Below are positions 40,201-52,200 of a DNA stretch of 64,000 bases, piece after piece. A program made the position numbers and the translations under genes. The stretch is taken from assembly GCF_037042905.1 (NCBI RefSeq), contig NC_087263.1, positions 8,124,001 through 8,188,000 of the forward strand. The letters are read 5' to 3'. The stretch comes from Lytechinus pictus (Eukaryota). The stretch's first letter is position 1. The number at the start of each line of letters is the position of its first letter. The notes under the pieces were generated by a model, which saw only the letters and a program-made list of their open reading frames with translations, did no database searches and was not told where the DNA came from.

Positions 40201-43200
40201 ACCCGACCACTAAGCATGTCCCAACTTATCAGACCAACCAAGTTAATAATCAAGCCCAAACTATCCCAAACAAACCAACCAACGGTAAGGCTTATCAATG
40301 TAAAAACCGATTTCAAAACCCATTAATCAATCTCAACCAACCGTGTATAAAGGATACCTGTGATATTATAACTGCATGTCGGTAAAAACAGATTTATATC
40401 TCCTTAACAAGTCTATTTATCCAGTTAATTCACAAGAAAAAAAATCACTGTATTATCTACTTCATACAAACGAATTATGACAGATGTAAGCACTGTCAGG
40501 TGTCGGAAAGCTTTTTTATGGTCAATCATACCCTTGATTTTTTTTTATTGATATAAATGTGCGAGGTTTCCACATTTCTAAATTGCTCCAATGTCATCTC
40601 TTGGAATTTCCCCTGTTCCACATGTTTGTGTGCACCTTATGTTCCGTTTTTTTAGAACTGAATTCGTACAAACTCATTATGCCAGGAAAATGTGTATAAA
40701 AAAGCAACGGCCTATCAAAGGAAATTTGTCGTTCTTCCTATGGAAGGATTTGTCATGAATTACCTCTCCTTTATACAATGTACGTTCCTCTTATTGCACT
40801 CGTTTAAATTTACAGAATGTCCTCCAGGAAAGTTCGGTGTTGACTGTCTTCAAGACTGTCACTGTGCAGGAGGGGTGCCATGTAATGCTTTCACTGGAAG
40901 ATGTGAAGGAAGCTGTGAGGATGGATGGTCAGGAGAAGGCTGTCACGGTATGTTTAATTGATGGACAGCATCAGCTATGACACAGAAATGTATGGGTCCA
41001 TGCACAAGCAAAATAGAGTCACTATTGTCCCCAGACAATTGGGCCCATGAAATGCTTTGTAAGATCTGATGCTGGATTCGCGCCTGGACCGGGTCCTGTT
41101 TCATAATGTTAATAAGATTTCAAAGCTACTGAGACTGTTCGATATGATTTGTTGATAGTTAACCTGTTATAGCAACTTTTCGTTTGTTATCATACCAAAT
41201 CTTTATGAGACGGGAGCCAGGCTATTATCTCGTTATTTGACTCATTTTGTGTAAGATCGTAATGTAGTTTTTTGCTACAATTACATTTTATAGGTTTTTA
41301 CTGTTAAATACAGAATAGTCAAGTTTATACTTTGGTAAGATGTTATGGTCTACAACATCACATATAGACCTAATGGATAAGACCATAGTGGAAACATTTG
41401 CGTACAGTCTTTGGGCACTGAAATTATTTTTCATTTGACAGCTGTAGTCATTGCACCAGGCCAACATCCAGCAGATTTCGTCAATATTCGTATTGGGAAT
41501 GGTGGATTCAGCTATGCAGCTCATAAGCCGTGAAACTAACTATGAGGAGGGCCTGTTTTATTCCTGTCTAAAACTAACCTTTGTAGGGAATCATTTAACA
41601 AACAAGCAATTGAATTTTCTTTCAAAGTGCATTAAAGATGAGCTATGAAAAACACCCTGTTGTCATTATTATCGTCACAGTTCCATCCGTGTGTCCTGTT
41701 GGTTACTCTGGAATCAATTGCACGGAGTTCTGTAACTGTCCTGATCTGTCAGAATGCGAGAAGGATTCTGGGTTCTGTTCATCATCAGAGGGACAATGTG
41801 AGGTTGGCTTTGTCGCTGAAACACCAGAAAAGCCAGACAGATGTTTCACATGTAAGATATTTCCATATTTCATTAATGACTAATAATTTACTATGCATAA
41901 AATGTGTAAGCAGTAACAACTCAATACTGGTCCGATAGATGTCAATTCAGTGGTGTATTAGTATTTACCCCCAACTCATGTATACAACGCCTATAGTTCA
42001 TAAGAGGAATCCTACTTGGTACCAATTCACCTTTTTGGTAAAGTTCGGTACAATCGGGTACAAAAAATGGACGCCTTAGCTGTGGTCCGAACGCACTACC
42101 TTGTTTCAATGGCAAAGTCAGACCCATGACGCTTACACATAAGACAAGATTTCACGTTTCACAGTCATAATATAGGATATTGGTCATGTTGGTAGATCTT
42201 ATTATTTTTCCAACTCCCAACACCTTTAATGTTGAAATGACAGGCTGACACAAGCAAATGGCATGAATCACGTTTTGAACAATAAACTGCATTCCGGGGA
42301 AGAGTAATGTACAGTATACATTGTATAGAGAACTAAGTATTAATTATCATGAACTTAATATATCTAGCATTATTATTACTATTATCATCATGATTATTAT
42401 TATGACGATGATCATCATCATTATAATTACAATTAACAGTTATTTTGAACTTTGCTTACGCCTTGTAGTTGTTGGGTGTTTCGAGTCCTGTTCTAAGACA
42501 CGCCATTGTGCTGCTACCGACACGTGTGACGACGAGTCAGGTTCGTGCACTTCATGTCATCCACGATGGTCGGGAGACAATTGCCAAACAGGTTAGTATC
42601 GAAGGGCTATTCTAATTTTAATTTGTTACTTCTAAGAAATGACCACCTGATTACTAATGAAAAACACAAATACGTGTACTTTTTAGAGGTAAACTCTATC
42701 AAAAGAGCAAGTCCTCAAGATTAAAATACATGTACCTTTAAAACAATAGTACCAAACTGCTTAACCACATAGTTCTTTAATAGGAGAACGTCATCAACAT
42801 TTCGTGTTCGGGAATGAGCAGTGCCAGAAATGACAGTCTCAGTCCCTCAAATAATAAGAAATATCGATTCCAAAGTTTTTAATCTGCTTGAATTAGTTAA
42901 AGAGTACACAATATCACTTTCCTTAATAATGGATTATGCAAACAACATTTTACTTGCAGGATATGCTGCATTTTGCATCGCCATTATACAGTTCTTGAGA
43001 CGTAATATTCATGAACCCAGCATTAAGATATCGCTTTTTCTGTTTCACACTTTTTTTCTAAAGATCGTTTTACGGCTACTAGAGAAAAGACGAATCCAGG
43101 CATTGCAATCATTTCCTGCACATTCGCTACCGATTTAGACGATGGCCTCTCCATGAGAGCTGCTATTGGGGACTTCACAACTGACAGTTTCGTTACTGCT

Positions 43201-46200
43201 ACTTATACTGACACAAGTGATGGATCATCGTTGCAATCGAACTTTACACTTTCCATCGATGACATAGAAACTAAAACAATTTACTGTTTCGTTGGCAATT
43301 CAACCAGTGACGATGGATTTGCTTATGTCAGCCTGCCCCCTCATGGGACATTCGGTAGGTCCTTTGGTGAGGAATGAATAATCTAAGAACATCCTTGATC
43401 TATAAGTATAACTTAATGTAGCTGACCATTCTCTACCAAGCGAAAATACTAAAGGCCAAAGGTATTTACGATACGGGATTTGTTGTGAGAAAGGTTTTAA
43501 TATTGAAAGGGATGCTCCGGACTGAAAATATTTTTATCTAAATAAATAGAATAAAGTTCACAGAGCAAAATTATAAACATTTCATCAAAATCGGAACACA
43601 AATAACGAAGTTATTCAATTTTAAAGTTTAGCAATATATTGTGAAAACGGTTTTAGGCATGTCGTCATGAATATTCACTAGGCGGGCTAATGATGTCACA
43701 TCTCCACATTCCTTTTTTCTTATATTACTACATGAAATCATAATTGTTAAATGATATGTCTCCATTTCGTTAAAATAAGTTGCAGCAATAGATAACTAAT
43801 GCACTTAATCAGTTGTCAATCCAATTATTTTAGTTCTTGGTAGACAATTTTTTAATAAACCTTATTTCATGTAATAAAATACAAAATAACAAGTAGGGAT
43901 ATGACATCATCAGCCCACCTACTGAATATTCATGAAGACATGCCTAGAACTGTTTCATCAGAATAATGAAAATCTTCAATAACTTCATTACCAATATAAG
44001 AGAGTAACATTTACTCTTGCCCATGGTACAAAAATAATCAATATTACTCAAGAAAAAAAGTGGTTAAATTCTTTGAGAAAGAAAGTCTCACAATTCACGA
44101 GATTTTGCAGGGACATGAATTCAACCACGAGAGGACTTGGATAGATCTTGCTCATTTGCTCATTAACACAGGGGCTTGCGGACTGACTGTATATAGAAAA
44201 CCATGGTTTTTATTATAAGGAAGCTATACATCAAAGAAATATCTGGTATACGTTGGATTTGGTACTAATTTGTCATTATATGGTGGGAAAGGTTTTAAGC
44301 AAAGGGCTAAACGCCATTGCAAATCGTATTTGGTCTTGGCCAGGGAACACACCCATTCTAATACATGGTGCAGAAACTTTAAGGAATGAGTCGTTCATTT
44401 ACCTACTTTAAAGTGTTCCGTGCAGCAATCATTCGCCCTGTCTTGGTGCCAAAAAGGATAATAGGTAATGCTTTTAAAACGGAAACATATTTCGAACCAT
44501 TGATAATGTTTGAGGTAAGGCTACCTTGGGCCTAATTTGGTGTTAGGAGGCCTAGATTTCATCCTTCTTGTCCATAAAAGAAAATTCCTTCAATTTGTAT
44601 GAAAAGTGTTTGAACTGCTTTTTGTCCATTTCAGTTCTTCCGGTCTTCAACAGCCAGCCAAGGTTAGCGGAACAAGGATACAATTATTTGGTTATTGCAT
44701 GGGATTCTTGGAGCCCTGGCGTTGATGTTGGAGACGGCCCTGTCATCGGCTATAAAGTATACGTTACTTCTTCTGATGGGATCGATACAAACACCTTTAT
44801 AACGGCATCAGGTGTTCCATCTGAAAGGCCAGGATCTGTGGCTTCAAGGAAAAAAAGAGGGTATGAAGGATCGATGAAATCTTCCTACGAAGTGTTTACA
44901 ACGGTGAGGAAAGAACGAGACGGAAGGCAGATGAAACAACTTCGGGTGGAATCCTTACCCAGGGATTCTTCTCGGAATAAGAGGCAAGGAGATATAGAAA
45001 TCCTGATGCACAATATCACTGGTCTGGACGAGGGTCAGTCGTATGAAATTCGTATTTCAGCAGTTCGTGAGGGGCTGAACGGTGAAGGAGAAATGGGTCC
45101 TGCTTTGAGTGTGACCACTCGCGAGACACCTGTAGGTGAGTCTATGATGAAGATGACATTTTAGTCATGTATGTTGTGTTTGTGTGTGTGTTGGTGTGGG
45201 CACGCGCATGTGCTGCAGCATATGAGGGAGTTTTTCCTTACGAATTGGCTGTTTATCGGATGTGTGTAAACTTTCATAGTGTTTGATTCTCTTTTTATTT
45301 TGTAATTGCTGAATAACATTCGATTTTGTTTGAGCTCTCATAAACTTTCTTCTTTGACTGTGTAAACAGATTCGATTTGAAATTTTTTGAGATCGGAATA
45401 ATAAATCAATCTTTACGATTCAAATTAACCCCAGAGTTCAAATGATCACTTACCAAAGTCGATCTTGTTTCAGTTTATGGGGATTGAAATGAATAATTCA
45501 ACTGCTATTAATGCATTCGGGGTTGTTGGGTATTGACGCAACAACAAAATCGAGTTTTTTTATTGATGGTTCCATGACATTTTTTTCCGGCGACAATTGC
45601 TCTGCTGTAAATTCAGCACACTAATGACTAAATTTAACTTTTGATTCAACACTTTAAAGACACATAAACATGATAAACATAACCCTAAACATATCTAACC
45701 CATATTGCACGCCTAAGCCTACCCCTATATCATAGACAAAATAAAGCCCGAGCGATTGTCGCCGGAATATTAATGTCGTGTCACCTTAATGGATACGTAT
45801 ATACCTTCCTGATAATATAAATCCTTGTTTTCAATAGAACCGCCAATTGGTTCTTCTACTATTGGTCCTATCGTTGGTGGCGCTATAGGTGGAATACTCA
45901 TCCTTCTGTTGATTGCCGGCCTGGTGATCATAATAAAAATAAGAAGGTAATCGATGTGTCTCTACTGTTTGTATTCCCTTAAACTGTAAACTATCAGCCA
46001 TAAATCATTCTAAAACATATTAAAATAGAATACAATACGGACAACGTGACAAACGTAACTTACCAAACACCGTCTATGTTTAAAGAGATATTCAAAGCGT
46101 TCTGCAATTTTTACCTAAGGTTTTTACAGTTAACCATGTGCAAAGATATTGCTCGGCTTGGTACGGACGAATTACGATCACTTGATTATTTTAAGGAAGA

Positions 46201-49200
46201 GGGGTTTGCTTATCTTCGGATGATTATCATGATGATAAAATTGGATATCAAAGAATGTTGTGTTAGCAGTTGTAGTACAATAATTGAAATGAATGAATTG
46301 TTACACGGATTATATTTTTACTTAAAGTACGACGTCTTCCCCGAAAAAGGGTATAGATGAACAAAAGAGGAAAATCCAAAGGAGTATAGCATTGAAAATA
46401 CCATCAAGACCGAATGTCAAATTAGGAATGTATATGACAATACGCAGTTCTGCTTCTGTTAAAATAACAGTTATATGGACGAGAAGGTGTCAAGAAAATG
46501 ACGTCTATAAGGTTGTACTCACTATTCTATTGAATGTTATTGTGCGAAACATACAATTATGCTGATCTAACAATAAGGAAACTTAATTGTTACATAAATG
46601 TCCATTTCAAATTCTTAGGGTGGAATCCAATTTTTTCCCCTACAATAATGACGAAATTAAAATGAGCGAAATTATAAATTGCCATAGCTCTCCTTGTCTA
46701 CATCCAAACGTGATGAATTGTCTCCTTTCGTTCCTATGAACATTCTGTTGGGATGAATCTCATGTCATGCTTGCCATGCTGTGAGTGTAATGCACCTGTT
46801 ATTTCTTATTTTTAGGCGGTCTATTTTTATTATTACTTGTTTTACTTTGATTTAGGGATCGACCCGAAGAAGTTTCAAAACCTGTGACTTACAAAAACGA
46901 TGGATTTGTCGAAGGCATTGCCACTGGTATGTTAACACCGCGTCAGCTGTTGTTGTTGAAATGTTGGGCAATTTCTATTAAGCATCGGTACACCTCACTG
47001 TAATATCCCAACCAAATCCCTCCAACTCTCTGTAAAATTACCAATTTCGCTTTTTAAAGTTGCACTGTCTGTCCGTAGATGAATGATACACAGGTAGTTT
47101 TGTTTCTTGAATACAGACCTATTTATCTTGTACTAGGTACAACATTTAACATGAGGTAAAAGTGAAAATATCCTGACTCGACAACCATTTGTGTTTTCTC
47201 TGTTAATAGCTTGTAATGCTGTTTTCATGTTCTTGGTTCGTTATTAGGTCACGAGAGTAAAGCATCATGACATATTGCCGGTGTCGACAGCTGTTTGCCC
47301 CCGAAGTTTGGATGCAATCAGAGGATGTAATTATTTAGGGTTGTGCTAGCCTAACCATGCAATAAACGCCATAAAAGATCTCAAAACTCTGTAATGAAGT
47401 ACTCTGATTGCAATAAGCTTCAGGGGCTAACCGCCGGGCACTAGCATCTGAACTGACGTGTGAGTGTGATCGCCCATTTAAAGCATTTCATTTTCATGCG
47501 ATAATAACTGACTACCTCGTAATCACGCGGTGGTTCAATCTTCCGTTTGTCTTTTCCTTTTCAATCCCTTATTCGAGATAAAGGCCAAGAAACAGATCAA
47601 CCATCTCAGCGGTACGAAAACCTGGGGCGTCGGAAACCGATGGAACCTTCAAACCAAATCCCTATGCCCGACCTACCAACTAGGCCTACTCCTTTAGACG
47701 AGGGTTACAAGCCTACACGAATTACAGTAGAGGAATCTTCAAAGGATCGCCGCCTCATACCTGTCTCAAAGTTCGCCACTTTTGTTGAGAATAATAGGCA
47801 CACTGACACATTCTATAAGGATTTCCTTGTGAGCAATTAGGAAGTTTTCGCACTACGACGTAGAACAAATTTAAGAACACAGCACATGCATTGAAAAATC
47901 CCCATTAACTCACAAATTGGGGAACAGGTAAAGCATTTTTGTCGTAAGTTTCGGAGCTGACGAAAAACCGCAAACGTGTCGTTTGTCCAGAGAGGACTGT
48001 TGTTTGATTTGTAAATTTAATTTTCGACGAAGCTCTTTGTCATGAAGGGCAATTGATAATAAATATTTTAATGTTCTTGAAAGCGTTTGTCGTCTTAGTT
48101 CGAAAACTCCCTATTATTATTGAAATCCTGGCAACTCGCCATACATTTTGAACGTCTTCAAAATTCTCCAAAACATGTAATTTGTAGTTGTACTAAAGAT
48201 TCTGTGTGTAATTCCTCCGCTGGTCATGTTGTTATTTGAGGTATAAGGACCTCAATGGAAATAAGCCATTCAGGCTTTCATAAAAATCATAAATAAATTG
48301 AAATTAATAACTCAATTGGTTACACCATGTGGCAATTCCTGAAATATATTCGCGAAAGCCCAATCTTAACGGTTCGCACTACAGTGGGGATGAGGTATTA
48401 GGCTATAATGATAAAAGTAGAGACATTAATTTGATATGTGTGAACTTAAGAACTTGAATCTTTGAAAAGCATATACGTACTAACATATACGAACTAGTTA
48501 ATTTTAGTTATGGCCATGGTAGAAGTTTATTACACGTGAAAGGAAATTATAAAAGGGGCAATCTATCTGACTTTTAACTATTTCACTCCAACTAATTTTT
48601 GCTCACGATCTATCTGATTTCAATCAGCTGGAAAATACAGGTGGAGAAATAAGTATTAAAAAATTGTCGAAATATATTTTGAAACCATGATAACTTTCAT
48701 AATTGTTATTTTCTCATTTTGATTGTAATTTTAGAAGTTGGCAAACGTTTGTCCTGGTCCTCCAGCCTCGATGATAAGAACTGCGTTGAAGAAAGAAAAC
48801 CGGTCAAAGAGTCGAAACACGAACAACCATCCACGTAATAAAAAAAAAATATCAATGTGTGGTTTTCATGAATATCTTTGTTAGTTAACTTGTTTCAAGA
48901 CGGTAAAAATATTATCAGCAACAGGGCTTGGTTCTGCGAAGTGGGGGTGTTAGGGTGCTGAAGCATCCCCAAGATTAGCCTGGGGGTGTTGAGTGCCTGT
49001 CAATATCATAGGCAGTACCTCCTGTTAATCAAGTAGGATATGCTAAGTACAAATATAACCAAAATATATTTCATTGTGAAGTTAAAACCTTTGATTTTGT
49101 TTTGTTTTTTGCGGTGCCTATTTACTTCTGGGACAGTTTTCAGTTTTCTTCTCAAATATTCTTCAAAACCGGCTATCCCTATTAAAAAATCGTTCCTAGG

Positions 49201-52200
49201 ACCAGCTGCATGACTAGTTTGTAAACAGGTCCGTATGAAGATAAAATACAATAGCAAACAAAAAATAAGATAGCAAATTTATTTAATGTTGGATAATTAA
49301 AGACAAGTAAAGAAATATTATAAACGTGACAGCTTTAACACGTAGCACTCTCATTGATTGCCTGTATTTAATGTCATTTGGTGTTCACTATAACTTTATG
49401 GTTTTATTCCCATTAACATCAGTTTCTTGGCAAATTAATTTTTGCTCAATAATATCGATATCCTTTCTTTTACCCTCATATTGACAAACTTCCAGTGGAT
49501 AGGAACAGAGTCATCCTAGAGTCTGTGGGCTCTTTAGATTCAGATTTCATCGATGCCAGCTACGTCAAGGTGAGTTTAATTATTCAAATCGGGAGATTTC
49601 GGATGAAGGTAGTTAAGAGGACAGCAGCAGGGAAAAAACAACGTTATACACAAAATCTTATCTCAACATAAGATTTCTACGTTCCATCGATTACGCCTAG
49701 TCGTGGTTTCAACATGAATAGTTTCACATTTGGAGCCATGTTTTTTTTCGACGTAATTTAAGCACCACCGTTATTTGTCAAAGTGCTATGCTGTTAGGCG
49801 AATGTAAGAGACATTATTTCCCCCAAGGAACTACATCATCATGATGGAATAAGCATAAACCCATCAAATATAAATGGAAAAACTTAGGCATGCAACCCTC
49901 ATGGTCGTCAAACGTCACAATTTTTCAAAGATGAGAATGTTCTAGAAGTATGCACTGAACTCATTTAAGTTATTGTTTATTTTTTATTGAAGTAAAATTC
50001 GTCTTATACCCCCCTGAGCTTGACCCTAATATGAGATGTTAACATTTTATCCTACAAGAAAACATATAGAAACATGCAATAGTCTAGGAAGATCAGAGCC
50101 AATATATCAATGGCTCTGAATAGAGTGATCTATCTGTATCTTTTTAAGTGTAGTATTCTTGATATTTCGTACATTGTAATTTGTTGTGATTTTCATACGG
50201 TAAATAAATCCAAAACGAACCATCACGAAATCTTTAGGAATACATTATGCGTGGGTGTGGGCGGAATGGTGTTATGTATGTGTGACATAGCTACGCTGTA
50301 ACAGTTATAGATTGTCTAACAATTATATAATCATTTAACATTCAATTTGCTTTATAATGTGGATTTTTTTTCTCCTCACGTGTTGTATAGGGTATTCGAT
50401 GCCGGTTTATAACTACACAGATGCCTATGCCTAACACAGTCGCCGCTTTCTGGGACGTGGTATTTTACAACCAACCAACTGTTATCATCATGCTTAACGA
50501 TGATGACAGACGTAACAAGGTGAGTGGCCTCCTGGAAAGAACATATTGTCCAAAGTGTGTCCGGAGGTGTGTTCACATTGTGTCCACAGTGTAACTAAAA
50601 GTGTGTTCAGAGTGTGGGAAAAAAATATAAAATCATCTTCATACTGGTCGCAACCCTCACGTTTCACATTGTGAATCTCACGGTGCTACTTTATGAACAT
50701 ACCGTGAAAAACACACACTCTTCGATTCCACATTGAGAAAATTGATGATTTCAACGATGTGAAATATATACCCACACGATCCACTACCTAAACATACTGT
50801 GAACACATTGTACTCAGATTTGTTCAGCATGGACTATAGGCTCTTAATTGTGGAGAGCCTTAAGATTCTTTCACAGGTATATATATACATTTGATATTTA
50901 CTTCATCAAAATGATGATTATAGACCGTTACTAAATAATCTTATATGCTACTAAATATGATTCATGATCTGATGTTAGCACCTAGATAGCTATAGAAAAT
51001 GTTCATCTCATTCTTTGTGACTCAAAAAGAGATAGTTGTGCATTAACATTGATAACACGTGTAGAATTTTGTGTTACATTCTGTGTTACGGCTATTATAT
51101 CGTGACAGCAGAACCTCACCTCTCCTAGGAGATATTGAGATGTTCGGGATTACCCCGCGTTCGGGATTACCCCACTCTTCATTCTTCAATGAAGGAAACG
51201 TAAAAAACGAAAATCTGTCATATGCATTTTCTCGATTATTCTTTAATCGGAAGAGACCAGTCAACAGATCCGTGCATAGGAATTCAGACAACATTCTGTG
51301 TTTCAGCTATTACTGCCGTGACAGCAAAACCTCACCTCTCCTAAAGATATTACGGTGTTCGGGATTACCCAACTCTCCCCTACACACGCTCTTCGATTCC
51401 AAATTGAGAAAATTGATGATTTCAACGATGTGAAATATATCCACACACGGTCCACTACGTAAATATACTGGGAACACACTGTACTCAGATTTTTTCAGCA
51501 TGGATTATAGGCTCTTAACCGTGGAGAGCCTTAAGATTCTTTCACAAATACATATTTACATTTGATATTTACTTCGTCAAAATGATGATTATAGACCGTT
51601 ACTAAATAATCTTATACGCTACTAAATATGATTCATGTTCTGATGTTAACACCTAGATAGCTATAGAAAATGTTAATCTCATTCTTTGTGACTCAAAAAG
51701 AGATAGTTGTGGATTAACATTGATAACACGTGTAGAATCTTTGACTCTGTATGTAACAAAAATGAAAGTATAAAGGCCTATTTATTACGGAGGTGGCCAT
51801 TGGGTTAATGCTTGATTGTTTTAGGAAAAAACTTACAAGACAATCCTGGTGTTTGTTTAACACCATGTGGTGTTATAACGGCACTGTTGGTGGAGTCTTG
51901 AGTGTTGTGTTAAAAATCACATTGAATAATTTTATTACCTTGGGTATTTTATTACCTTAGGTTTTATTCGTCCAGCAGCATCTCAAATCATGAATGTTAC
52001 TTGCTACATTTATCATTTTATTATGATCGAGATCGAGATTTTCAAGTTAACGGTGGAGAAGAAGTGTGATGGCTGTATCGATAATTAAAGTCGGTCGATG
52101 TGCAAGTTGTTACTCAATTAAATTTAATTTACATGTATGCCTATCCTAATCCCTTTAGGTTTGTGCCCAATACTGGTTGGACAATGGCGTTGCAACTTTC

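Noticed and set aside
40040..40345. AACC-rich tract as a telomere-like or coding repeat
   Set aside because: It is a degenerate low-complexity intronic tract without a regular TTAGGG period.
35554..45946. Calling the gene Tie/TEK
   Set aside because: The ectodomain is Tie-like, but the cytoplasmic part is a PTP fold with no kinase motifs, so no gene symbol was assigned.
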